Source: the human T2T-CHM13v2.0 reference genome, Homo sapiens
NCBI RefSeq assembly: GCF_009914755.1
Contig: NC_060937.1
Reading direction: 5' to 3' (one strand)
DNA: 64,000 nucleotides
In this document: positions 1 to 15,700 of the stretch, piece by piece
Layout: each line of letters starts with the position of its first letter
Numbering within the stretch: position 1 is the first letter of the stretch
Program-made: the position numbers and the translations under genes
Notes under the pieces: generated by a model
Database searches by the model: none
The model's input: only the letters and a program-made list of their open reading frames with translations
What the model was told of the DNA's origin: nothing

Positions 1-2021
1 ATACTGTACATAAAATATCAAAGTACCCAAATATATATCATATACTGTACATGAAATATCAAAGTTCACAAACTATATATTATATACTGTACATAAAATA
101 TCAAAGTACCCAAACTATACATTACATACTGTACATAAAATATGAAATTACATCAAATATATATTTTATTAGGTATGTAAAATATGAAAGTACATCAAAT
201 ATAGATTATATACTGTACATAAAATACCAAAGTACCCCAAATATATATTTTATACTGTACATGAAATATCAAAGTTCTCAAACTATATATTATATAGTGC
301 ACATGAAATATCAAAGTACCCAAGGTATATATTCCATACTGTACAAAAATTATCAAAGTACCCAAAGCATATATTATATGCTGTACATAAAATATGAAAG
401 TACATCAAATATATATTTTATTCTGTACATAAAATATCAAAGTACACCAAATATATATTCTATACTGTACATAAAATATCCAGGTACCCAAACTATACAT
501 TATATACTGTACATAAGATATGAAATTACATCAAATATATATTATATTAGGTACATAAAATATGAAAGTATATCAAATATAGATTATATACTGTACATAA
601 AATATCAAAGTTCCCAAATATATATCATATACTGTACATGAAATATCAAAGTTCACAAACTATATATTATATACTGTACATAAAATATCAAAGTACCCAA
701 ACTATACATTATATACTGTACATAAAATCTGAAATTACATCAAATATATATTATATTAGGTATGTAAAATATGAAAGTACATCAAATATAGATTATATAC
801 TGTACATAAAATACCAAAGTACCCCAAATATATATTTTATACTGTACATGAAATATCAAAGTTCTCAAACTATATATTATATACTGCACATAAAATATCA
901 AAGTACCCAAGGTATATATTCCATACTGTACAAAAAATATCAAAGTACCCAAAGCATATATTATATGCTGTACATAAAATATGAAAGTACATCAAATATA
1001 TATTTTATTCTGTACATAAAATATCAAAGTACACCAAATATATATTCTATACTGTACATAAAATATCAACGTACCCAAACTATACATTTTATACTGTACA
1101 TAAAATATGAAATTATATCAAATATATATTATATTAGGTACATAAAATATGAAAGTACATCAAATATAGATTATACACTGTACATAAAATATCAAAGTAC
1201 CCAAATATATATCATATACTGTACATGAAATATCAAAGTTCACAAACTATATATTATATACTGTACATAAAATATCAAAGTACCCAAACTATACATTATA
1301 TACTGAACATAAAAGATGAAATTACATAAAATATATATTATATTAGGTATGTAAAATATGAGAGTACATCAAATATAGATTATATACTGTACATAAAATA
1401 CCAAAGTACCCCAAATATATATTTTATACTGTACATGAAATATCAAAGTTCTCAAACTATATATTATATACTGCACATAAAATATCAAAGTACCCAAGGT
1501 ATATATTCCATACTGTACAAAAAATATCAAAGTACCCAAAGCATATATTATATGCTGTACATAAAATATGAAAGTACATCAAATATATATTTTATTCTGT
1601 ACATAAAATATCAAAGTACACCAAATATATATTCTATACTGTACATAAAATATCAACGTACCCAAACTATACATTATATACTGTACATAAAATATGAAAT
1701 TACATCAAATATATATTATATTAGGTACATAAAATATGAAAGTACATCAAATATAGATTATATACTGTACATAAAATATCAAAGTACCCAAATATATATC
1801 ATATACTGTACATGAAATATGAAAGTTCACAAACTATATATTATATACTGTACATAAAATATCAAAGTACCCAAACTATACATTATATACTGTACATAAA
1901 ATATGAAATTACATCAAATATATATTATATTAGGTATGTAAAATATGAAAGTACATCAAATATAAATTATACACTGTACATAAAATACCAAAGTACCCCA
2001 AATATATAGTATATGCTGTAA
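1..2021 (+). repeat. 587-bp 14-mer HOR subfamily, left block (A-F-G-H-I + A-B-C-D-E-F-G-H-I*, with a 41-bp I*)
   Basis: Units start at 51, 638 and 1225, with a partial 5-mer at 1812; period 587 = 14x42-1. Private variants: AGGTATGTA, GTTCTCAA, TGCACA, TTCCATA, AGCATATATTATATGCTG, and the 1-bp-short CCCAAATATATATCATA. Confidence 0.9.
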
Positions 2022-2904
2022 ATGCAATATCAAAGTTCACAAACTATATATTATATATTGTACATAAAATATCAAAGTACCCAAGGTATATATTCTATAC
2101 TGTACAAAAAATATCAAAGTACCCAAAACATGTATTATATACTGTACATAAAATATGAAAGTACATCAAATATATATTTTATTCTGTACATAAAATATCA
2201 AAGTACACCAAATATATATTCTATAGTGTACATAAAATATCAAAGTACCCAAACTATACATTATAAACTGTACATAAAATATGAAATTACATCAAATATA
2301 TATTATATTAGGTACATAAAATATGAAAGTACATCAAATATAAATTATATACTGTACATAAAATACCAAAGTACCCCAAATATATATTATATACTGTACA
2401 TGAAATATCAAAGTTCACAAACTATATATTATATACTGTACATAAAATATCAAAGTACCCAAGGTATATATTCTATACTGTACAAAAAATATCAAAGTAC
2501 TCAAAGCAAGTATTATATACTGTACATAAAATATGAAGGTACATCAAATATATATTTTATTCTGTACATAAAATATCAAAGTACACTAAATATATATTCT
2601 ATAGTGTACATAAAATATCAAAATACCCAAACTATACATTATATACTGTACATAAAATATGAAATTACATCAAATATATATTATATTAGGTACATAAAAT
2701 ATGAAAGTACATCAAATATAAATTATATACTGTACATAAAATACCAAAGTACCCCAAATACATATAATATACTGTACATGAAATATCAAAGTTCACAAAC
2801 TATATATAATATACTGTACATAAAATATCAAAGTACCCAAGGTATATATTCTATACGGTATAAAAAATATCAAAGTACCCAAAGCAAGTATTATATACTG
2901 TACA

Positions 2905-5900
2905 TAAAATATGAAAGTACATCAAATATATATTTTATTCTGTACATAAAATATCAAAGTACACCAAATATATATTCTATACTGCACATAAAATATCAAA
3001 GTACCCAAACTATACATTATATACTGTACATAAAATATGAAATTACATCAAATATATATTATATTAGGTACATAAAATATGAAAGTACATCAAATATAAA
3101 TTATATACTGTACATAAAATACCAAAGTATCCTAAATATATAGTATATGCTGTACATGCAATATCAAAGTTCACAAACTATATATTATATATTGTACATA
3201 AAATATCAAAGTACCCAAGGTATATATTCTATACTGTACAAAAAATATCAATGTACCCAAAGCATGTATTATATACTGTATATAAAATATGAAAGTACAT
3301 GAAATATATATTTTATTCTGTACATAAAATATCAAAGTACACCAAATATATATTCTATAGTGTACATAAAATATCAAAGTACCCAAACTATACATTATAT
3401 ACTGTACATAAAATATGAAATTACATCAAATATATATTATATTAGGTACCTAAAATATGAAAGTACATCAAATATAAATTATATACTGTACATAAAATAC
3501 CAAAGTACCCCAAATATATATTATATACTGTACATGAAATATCAAAGTTCACAAACTATATATTATATACTGTACATAAAATATCAAAGTACCCAAGGTA
3601 TATATTCCAAACTCTACAAAAAATATCAAAGTACCCAAAGCATGTATTATATACTGTACATAAAATATGAAAGTACATCACATATATATTTTATTCTGTA
3701 CATAAAATATCAAAGTACACCAAATATATATTCTATAGTGTACATAAAATATCAAAGTACCCAAACTATACAGTATATACTGTACATAAAATATGAAATT
3801 ACATCAAATATATATTATATTAGGTACATAAAATATGAAAGTACATCAAATATAAATTATATACTGTTCATAAAATACCAAAGTACCCCAAATATATATT
3901 ATATACTGTACATGCAATATCAAAGTTCACAAACTATATATTATATACTGTACATAAAATATCAAAGTACCGAAGTTATATATTCTATACTGTACAAAAA
4001 ATATCAAAGTACCCAAAGCATGTATTATATACTGTTCATAAAATATGAAAGTACATCAAATATATATTTTATTCTGTACATAAAATATCAAAGTACACCA
4101 AATATATATTCTATAGTATACATAAAATATCAAAGTACTCAAACTATACATTATATACTGTACATAAAATATGAAATTACATCAAATATATATTATATTA
4201 GGTACATAAAATATGAAACTACCTCAAATATATATTATATACTGTACATAAAATACCAAAGTACCCCAAATACATATTATATACTGTACATGAAATATCA
4301 AAGTTCACAAACTATATATTATATACTGTACATAAAATATCAAAGTACCGAAGTTATATATTCTATACTGTACAAAAAATATCAAAGTACCCAAAGCATG
4401 TATTATATACTGTACATTAAATATGAAAGTACATCAAATATATATTTTATTCTGTACATAAAATATCAAAGTACACCAAATAAATATTCTATAGTGTACA
4501 TAAAATATCAAATTACCCAAACTATACATTATATACTGTACATAAAATATGAAATTACATCTAATATATATTATATTAGGTACATAAAATATGAAAGCAC
4601 ATCAAATATAAATTATATACTGTACATAAAATACCAAAGTACCCCAAATATATATTATATACTGTCCATGAAATATCAAATTTCACAAACTATATATTAT
4701 ATACTGTACATAAAATATCAAAGTACCCAAGGTATATATTCTATACTGTACAAAAAATATCAAAGTACCCAAAGTATGTATTATATACTGTACATAAAAT
4801 ATGAAAGTACATGAAATATATATTTTATTCTGTACATAAAATATCAAATTACACCAAATATATATTTTATAGTGTACATAAAATATCAAAGTACCCAAAC
4901 TATACATTATATACTGTACATAAAATATGAAATTACATCAAATATATATTAGGTATATAAAATATGAAAGTACATGAAATATATATTATATACTGTACAT
5001 AAAATACCAAAGTACCCCAAATACATATTATATACTGTACATGAAATATCAAAGTTCACAAACTATATATTATATACTATACATAAAATAACAAAGTACC
5101 GAAGGTATATATTCTATACTGTACAAAAAATATCAAAGTACCCAAGCATGTATTATATTCTGTACATAAAATATGAAAGTATATGAAATATATATTTTAT
5201 TCTGTACATAAAATATCAAATTACACAAAATATATATTCTATAGTGTACATAAAATATCAAAGTACCCAAACTATACATTATATACTGTACAAAAAATAT
5301 GAAATTACATCAAATATATATTATATTAGGTACATAAAATATGAAAGTACATCAAATATAGATTATATACTGTACATAAAATACGAAAGAACCCCAAATA
5401 TATATTATATACTGTACATGAAATATCAAAGTTCACAAACTATATATTATATACTGTACATAAAATATAAAAGTGCCCAAGGTATATATTCTATACTGTA
5501 CAAAAAATATCAAAGTACCCAAAACATGTACTATATACTGTACATAAAATATGAAAGTACATCAAATATATATTTTATTCTGTACATAAAATATCAAAGT
5601 ACACCAAATATATATTCTATAGTGTACATAAAATATCAAAATACCCAAACTATACATTATATACTGTACATAAAATATGAAATTACATCAAATATATATT
5701 ATATTAGGTACCTAAAATATGAAAGTACATCAAATATAAATTATATACTGTACATAAAATAACAAAGAAACCCAAATATATATTATATACTGTACATGAA
5801 ATATCAAAGTTCACAAACTATATATTATATACTGTACATAAAATATCAAAGTACCCAAGGTATATATTCCAAACTCTACAAAAAATATCAAAGTACCCAA

Positions 5901-8900
5901 AGCATGTATTATATACTGTTCATAAAATATGAAAGTACATCAAATATATATTTTATTCTGTACATAAAATATCAAAGTACACTAAATATATATTCTATAG
6001 TGTACATAAAATATCAAAGTACCCAAACTATACATTATATACTGTACATAAAATATGAAATTACATCAAATATATATTATATTAGGTACATAAAATATGA
6101 AAGTACATCAAATATAAATTATATACTGTACATAAAATATCAAAGTACCTCAAATATATATTATATACTGAACATGAAATATCAAAGTTCACAAACTATA
6201 TATTATATACTGTACATAAAATATCAAAATACCCCAGGTATATATTCTATACTGTACAAAAAATATAAAAGTACCCAAAACATGTATTATATACTGTACA
6301 TAAAATATGAAAGTACATCAAATATATATTTTATCCTGTACATAAAATATCAAAGTACACCAAATATATATTCTATAGTGTACATAAAATATCAAATTAC
6401 CCAAACTATACATTATATACTGTACATAAAATATGAAATTACATCAAATATATATTATATTAGGTACATAAAATATGAAAGTACATCAAATATAAATTAT
6501 ATACTGTACATAAAATATCAAAGTACCTCAAATATATATTATATACTGTACATGAAATATCAAAGTTCACAAACTATATATTATATACTGTACATAAAAT
6601 ATCAAAGTACCCAAGGTATATATTCTATACTGTACAAAAAATATAAAAGCACCCAAAACATGTATTATATACTGTACATAAAATATGAAAGTACATCATA
6701 TATATATTTTATTCTGTAAATAAAATATCAAAGTACACCAAATATATATTCTATAGTGTACATAAAATATCAAAGTACCCAAACTATACATTATATACTG
6801 TACATAAAATATGAAATTACATCAAATATATATTATATTAGGTACATAAAATATGAAAGTACATCAAATATAGATTATATACTGTACATAAAATATCAAA
6901 GTACCCCAAATAAATATTTTATACTGTACATGCAATATCAAAGTTCACAAACTATATATTATATACTGTACATAAAATATCAAAGTACCGAAGGTATATA
7001 TTCTATACTGTACAAAAAATATCAAAGTACCCAAAGCATGTATTATATACTGTACATAAAATATGAAAGTACATCAAATATATATTTTATTCTGTACATA
7101 AAATATCAAAGTACACCAAATATATATTCTATAGTGTACATAAGATATAAAAGTACCCAAACTATATATTATATACTGTACATAAAATATGAAATTACAT
7201 CAAAAATATATTATATTAGGTACATAAAATATGAAAGTACATCAAATATAAATTATATACAGTACATAAAAAATCAAAGTACCCCAAATATATATTATAT
7301 ACTGTACATGAAATATCAAAGTCCACAAACTATATATTATATATTGTACATAAAATATCAAAGTACCCAAGGTATATATTCTATACTGTACAAAAAATAT
7401 CAAAGTACCCAAAGCATGTATTATATGGTGTATATAAAATATGAAAGTACATCAAATATATATTTAATTTTGTACATAAAATATCAAAGTACACCAAATA
7501 TATATTCTATACTGTACATAAAATATCAAAGTACCCAAACTATACATTATATACTGTACATAAAATATGAAATTACATCAAATATATATTATATTAGGTA
7601 CATAAAATATGAAAGTACATCAAATATAGATTATATACTGTACATAAAATACCAAAGAACCCCAAATATATATTATATACTGTACAAGAAATATTAAAGT
7701 TCCCAAACTATATATTATATACTGTACATAAAATATCAAAGTACCCAAGGTATATATTCTATACTGTACAAAAAATATCAAAGTACGCAAAGCATGTATT
7801 ATATACTGTTAATAAAATATGAAAGTACATCAAATATATATTTTATTCTGTACATAAAATATCAAAGTACACCAAATATATATTCTATACTGCACATAAA
7901 ATATCAAAGTACCCAAACTATACATTATATACTGTACATAAAATATGAAATTACATCAAATATATATTATATTAGGTACATAAAATATGAAAGTACATCA
8001 AATATAAATTATATACTGTACATAAAATACCAAAGTATCCTAAATATATAGTATATGCTGTACATGCAATATCAAAGTTCACAAACTATATATTATATAT
8101 TGTACATAAAATATCAAAGTACCCAAGGTATATATTCTATACTGTACAAAAAATATCAATGTACCCAAAGCATGTATTATATACTGTATATAAAATATGA
8201 AAGTACATGAAATATATATTTTATTCTGTACATAAAATATCAAAGTACACCAAATATATATTCTATAGTGTACATAAAATATCAAAGTACCCAAACTATA
8301 CATTATATACTGTACATAAAATATGAAATTACATCAAATATATATTATATTAGGTACCTAAAATATGAAAGTACATCAAATATAAATTATATACTGTACA
8401 TAAAATACCAAAGTACCCCAAATATATATTATATACTGTACATGAAATATCAAAGTTCACAAACTATATATTATATACTGTACATAAAATATCAAAGTAC
8501 CCAAGGTATATATTCCAAACTCTACAAAAAATATCAAAGTACCCAAAGCATGTATTATATACTGTACATAAAATATGAAAGTACATCACATATATATTTT
8601 ATTCTGTACATAAAATATCAAAGTACACCAAATATATATTCTATAGTGTACATAAAATATCAAAGTACCCAAACTATACAGTATATACTGTACATAAAAT
8701 ATGAAATTACATCAAATATATATTATATTAGGTACATAAAATATGAAAGTACATCAAATATAAATTATATACTGTTCATAAAATACCAAAGTACCCCAAA
8801 TATATATTATATACTGTACATGCAATATCAAAGTTCACAAACTATATATTATATACTGTACATAAAATATCAAAGTACCGAAGTTATATATTCTATACTG

Positions 8901-11900
8901 TACAAAAAATATCAAAGTACCCAAAGCATGTATTATATACTGTTCATAAAATATGAAAGTACATCAAATATATATTTTATTCTGTACATAAAATATCAAA
9001 GTACACCAAATATATATTCTATAGTATACATAAAATATCAAAGTACTCAAACTATACATTATATACTGTACATAAAATATGAAATTACATCAAATATATA
9101 TTATATTAGGTACATAAAATATGAAACTACCTCAAATATATATTATATACTGTACATAAAATACCAAAGTACCCCAAATACATATTATATACTGTACATG
9201 AAATATCAAAGTTCACAAACTATATATTATATACTGTACATAAAATATCAAAGTACCGAAGTTATATATTCTATACTGTACAAAAAATATCAAAGTACCC
9301 AAAGCATGTATTATATACTGTACATTAAATATGAAAGTACATCAAATATATATTTTATTCTGTACATAAAATATCAAAGTACACCAAATAAATATTCTAT
9401 AGTGTACATAAAATATCAAATTACCCAAACTATACATTATATACTGTACATAAAATATGAAATTACATCTAATATATATTATATTAGGTACATAAAATAT
9501 GAAAGCACATCAAATATAAATTATATACTGTACATAAAATACCAAAGTACCCCAAATATATATTATATACTGTCCATGAAATATCAAATTTCACAAACTA
9601 TATATTATATACTGTACATAAAATATCAAAGTACCCAAGGTATATATTCTATACTGTACAAAAAATATCAAAGTACCCAAAGTATGTATTATATACTGTA
9701 CATAAAATATGAAAGTACATGAAATATATATTTTATTCTGTACATAAAATATCAAATTACACCAAATATATATTTTATAGTGTACATAAAATATCAAAGT
9801 ACCCAAACTATACATTATATACTGTACATAAAATATGAAATTACATCAAATATATATTAGGTATATAAAATATGAAAGTACATGAAATATATATTATATA
9901 CTGTACATAAAATACCAAAGTACCCCAAATACATATTATATACTGTACATGAAATATCAAAGTTCACAAACTATATATTATATACTATACATAAAATAAC
10001 AAAGTACCGAAGGTATATATTCTATACTGTACAAAAAATATCAAAGTACCCAAGCATGTATTATATTCTGTACATAAAATATGAAAGTATATGAAATATA
10101 TATTTTATTCTGTACATAAAATATCAAATTACACAAAATATATATTCTATAGTGTACATAAAATATCAAAGTACCCAAACTATACATTATATACTGTACA
10201 AAAAATATGAAATTACATCAAATATATATTATATTAGGTACATAAAATATGAAAGTACATCAAATATAGATTATATACTGTACATAAAATACGAAAGAAC
10301 CCCAAATATATATTATATACTGTACATGAAATATCAAAGTTCACAAACTATATATTATATACTGTACATAAAATATAAAAGTGCCCAAGGTATATATTCT
10401 ATACTGTACAAAAAATATCAAAGTACCCAAAACATGTACTATATACTGTACATAAAATATGAAAGTACATCAAATATATATTTTATTCTGTACATAAAAT
10501 ATCAAAGTACACCAAATATATATTCTATAGTGTACATAAAATATCAAAATACCCAAACTATACATTATATACTGTACATAAAATATGAAATTACATCAAA
10601 TATATATTATATTAGGTACCTAAAATATGAAAGTACATCAAATATAAATTATATACTGTACATAAAATAACAAAGAAACCCAAATATATATTATATACTG
10701 TACATGAAATATCAAAGTTCACAAACTATATATTATATACTGTACATAAAATATCAAAGTACCCAAGGTATATATTCCAAACTCTACAAAAAATATCAAA
10801 GTACCCAAAGCATGTATTATATACTGTTCATAAAATATGAAAGTACATCAAATATATATTTTATTCTGTACATAAAATATCAAAGTACACTAAATATATA
10901 TTCTATAGTGTACATAAAATATCAAAGTACCCAAACTATACATTATATACTGTACATAAAATATGAAATTACATCAAATATATATTATATTAGGTACATA
11001 AAATATGAAAGTACATCAAATATAAATTATATACTGTACATAAAATATCAAAGTACCTCAAATATATATTATATACTGAACATGAAATATCAAAGTTCAC
11101 AAACTATATATTATATACTGTACATAAAATATCAAAATACCCCAGGTATATATTCTATACTGTACAAAAAATATAAAAGTACCCAAAACATGTATTATAT
11201 ACTGTACATAAAATATGAAAGTACATCAAATATATATTTTATCCTGTACATAAAATATCAAAGTACACCAAATATATATTCTATAGTGTACATAAAATAT
11301 CAAATTACCCAAACTATACATTATATACTGTACATAAAATATGAAATTACATCAAATATATATTATATTAGGTACATAAAATATGAAAGTACATCAAATA
11401 TAAATTATATACTGTACATAAAATATCAAAGTACCTCAAATATATATTATATACTGTACATGAAATATCAAAGTTCACAAACTATATATTATATACTGTA
11501 CATAAAATATCAAAGTACCCAAGGTATATATTCTATACTGTACAAAAAATATAAAAGCACCCAAAACATGTATTATATACTGTACATAAAATATGAAAGT
11601 ACATCATATATATATTTTATTCTGTAAATAAAATATCAAAGTACACCAAATATATATTCTATAGTGTACATAAAATATCAAAGTACCCAAACTATACATT
11701 ATATACTGTACATAAAATATGAAATTACATCAAATATATATTATATTAGGTACATAAAATATGAAAGTACATCAAATATAGATTATATACTGTACATAAA
11801 ATATCAAAGTACCCCAAATAAATATTTTATACTGTACATGCAATATCAAAGTTCACAAACTATATATTATATACTGTACATAAAATATCAAAGTACCGAA

Positions 11901-12720
11901 GGTATATATTCTATACTGTACAAAAAATATCAAAGTACCCAAAGCATGTATTATATACTGTACATAAAATATGAAAGTACATCAAATATATATTTTATTC
12001 TGTACATAAAATATCAAAGTACACCAAATATATATTCTATAGTGTACATAAGATATAAAAGTACCCAAACTATATATTATATACTGTACATAAAATATGA
12101 AATTACATCAAAAATATATTATATTAGGTACATAAAATATGAAAGTACATCAAATATAAATTATATACAGTACATAAAAAATCAAAGTACCCCAAATATA
12201 TATTATATACTGTACATGAAATATCAAAGTCCACAAACTATATATTATATATTGTACATAAAATATCAAAGTACCCAAGGTATATATTCTATACTGTACA
12301 AAAAATATCAAAGTACCCAAAGCATGTATTATATGGTGTATATAAAATATGAAAGTACATCAAATATATATTTAATTTTGTACATAAAATATCAAAGTAC
12401 ACCAAATATATATTCTATACTGTACATAAAATATCAAAGTACCCAAACTATACATTATATACTGTACATAAAATATGAAATTACATCAAATATATATTAT
12501 ATTAGGTACATAAAATATGAAAGTACATCAAATATAGATTATATACTGTACATAAAATACCAAAGAACCCCAAATATATATTATATACTGTACAAGAAAT
12601 ATTAAAGTTCCCAAACTATATATTATATACTGTACATAAAATATCAAAGTACCCAAGGTATATATTCTATACTGTACAAAAAATATCAAAGTACGCAAAG
12701 CATGTATTATATACTGTTAA
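2905..12720 (+). repeat. 4,908-bp tandem duplication (13 HORs minus 6 bp), apparently identical copies
   Basis: Identical ORFs at a constant offset of 4908: 3171/8079, 3360/8268, 4974/9882, 5244/10152, 5796/10704, 6756/11664. Both copies share a 5-bp deletion (~4950/9858) and a 1-bp deletion (~5144/10052). Junction between ~7812 and ~7890. Confidence 0.92.
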
Positions 12721-15700
12721 TAAAATATGAAAGTACATCAAATATATATTTTATTCTGTACATAAAATATCAAAGTACACCAAATATATATTCTATAGTG
12801 TACATAAAATATCAAAATACCCAAACTATACATTATATACTGTACATAAAATATGAAATTACATCAAATATATATTATAATAGGTACATAAAATATGAAA
12901 GTACATCAAATATAAATTATATACTGTACATAAAATACCAAAGAACCCCAAATATATATTATATACTGTACATGAAATATCAAAGTTCACAAAGTATATA
13001 TTATATACTGTATATAAAATATCAAAGTACCCAAGGTATATATTCTATACTGTACAAAAAATATCAAAGTACCCAAAGCATGTATTATATACTGTTCATA
13101 AAATATGAAAGTACATCAAATATATAATTTATTCTGTACATAAAATATCAAAGTACACCAAATATATATTCTATAGTGTACATTAAATATCAAACTACCC
13201 AAACTATACATTATATACTGTACATAAAATATGAAATTACATCAAATATATATTATATTAGGTACATAAAATATGAAAGTACATCAAATATAGATTATAA
13301 ACTGTACATAAAATACCAAAGAACCCCAAATATATATTGTATACTGTACATGAAATATCAAAGTTCACAAACTATATATTATATACTGTACATAAAATAT
13401 CAAAGTACCCAAGGTATATATTCTATACTGTATAAAAAATATCTAAGTACCCAAGGCATGTATTATATACTGTTCATAAAATATGAAAGTACATCAAACA
13501 TATATTTTATTCTGTACATAAAATATCAAGGTTCACTAAATATATATTCTATAGTGTACATAAAATATCAAACTACCCAAACTATAAATTATATACTGTA
13601 CATAAAATATGAAATTACATCAAATATATATTATATTAGGTACATAAAATATGAAAGTACATCAAATACATATTATATACTGTACATAAAATACCAAATT
13701 ACCCCAAATACATATTATATACTGTACATGAAATATCAAAGTTCACAAACTATATATTATATACTGTACATAAAATATCAAAGTACCCAAGGTATATATT
13801 CTATACTGTACAAAAAATATCAAAGTACGCAAAGCATGTATTATATAGTGTACATAAAATATGAAAGTACATCAAATATATATTTTATTCTGTACATAAA
13901 ATATCAAAGTACACCAAATATATATTCTATAGTGTACATAAAATATCAAAGTACCCAAACTATACATTATATACTGTACATAAAACATGAAATTACATCC
14001 AATATATATTATATTAGGTACATAAAATATGAAAGTACATCAAATATAAATTATATACTGTACATAAAATACCAAAGTACCCCAAATATATATTATATAC
14101 AGTACATGAAATATCAAAGTTCACAAACTATATATTATATACTGTACATAAAATATCAAAGTACACAAGGTATATATTCCATACTGTACAAAAAATATCA
14201 AAGTACCCAAAGCATGTATTATATACTGTTCAAAAAATATGAAATTACATCAAATATATATTTTATTCTGTACATAAAATACCAAAGTACACCAAATATA
14301 TATTCTATAGTGTACATAAAATATCAAATTACCCAAACTATACATTATATACTGTACATAAAATATGAAATTACATCAAAAATATATTATATTAGGTACA
14401 TAAAATATGAAAGTACATCAAATATAAATTATATACAGTACATAAAATATCAAAGTACCCCAAATATATATTATATACTGTACATGAAATATCAAAGTCC
14501 ACAAACTATATATTATATACTGTACATAAAATATCAAAGTACCCAAGGTATATATTCTATACTCTACAAAAAATATCAAAGTACCCAAAGCATGTATTAT
14601 ATACGGTACATAAAATATGAAAGTACATCAAATATATATTTAATTCTGTACATAAAATATCAAAGTACACCAAATATATATTCTATAGTGTACATAAAAT
14701 ATCAAAGTACCCAAACTATACATTATATACTGTACATAAAATATGAAATTACATCAAATATATATTATATTAGGTACATAAAATATGAAAGTACATCAAA
14801 TATAGATTATATACTGTACATAAAATACCAAAGAACCCCAAATATATATTATATACTGTACATGAAATATCAAAGTTCACAAACTATATATTATATACTG
14901 TACATAAAATATCAAAGTACCCAAGGTATATATTCTATACTGTACAAAAAATATCAAAGTACCCAAAGCATGTATTATATACTGTTAATAAAATATGAAA
15001 GTACATCAAATATATATTTTATTCTGTACATAAAATATCAAAGTACACCAAATATATATTCTATAGTGTACATAAAATATCAAATTACCGAAACTATGCA
15101 TTATATACTGTACATAAACTATGAAATTACATCAAATATATATTATATTAGGTACATAAAATATGAAAGTACATCAAATATAGATTATAAACTGTACATA
15201 AAATACCAAAGAACCCCAAATATATATTGTATACTGTACATGAAATATCAAAGTTCACAAACTATATATTATATACTGTACATAAAATATCAAAGTACCC
15301 AAGGTATATATTCTATACTGTATAAAAAATATCTAAGTACCCAAGGCATGTATTATATACTGTTCATAAAATATGAAAGTACATCAAACATATATTTTAT
15401 TCTGTACATAAAATATCAAGGTTCACTAAATATATATTCTATAGTGTACATAAAATATCAAACTACCCAAACTATAAATTATATACTGTACATAAAATAT
15501 GAAATTACATCAAATATATATTATATTAGGTACATAAAATATGAAAGTACATCAAATACATATTATATACTGTACATAAAATACCAAATTACCCCAAATA
15601 CATATTATATACTGTACATGAAATATCAAAGTTCACAAACTATATATTATATACTGTACATAAAATATCAAAGTACCCAAGGTATATATTCTATACTGTA

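Noticed and set aside
3171-3395. Short minus-strand hydrophobic ORFs (MYSLGTLIFYV..., also at 4683, 8079, 9591, 28854, 29253, 60791, 61814)
   Set aside because: Antisense satellite translations opened by a TCA->TGA type variant on the + strand that removes a minus-strand stop. They recur only because the blocks were duplicated.
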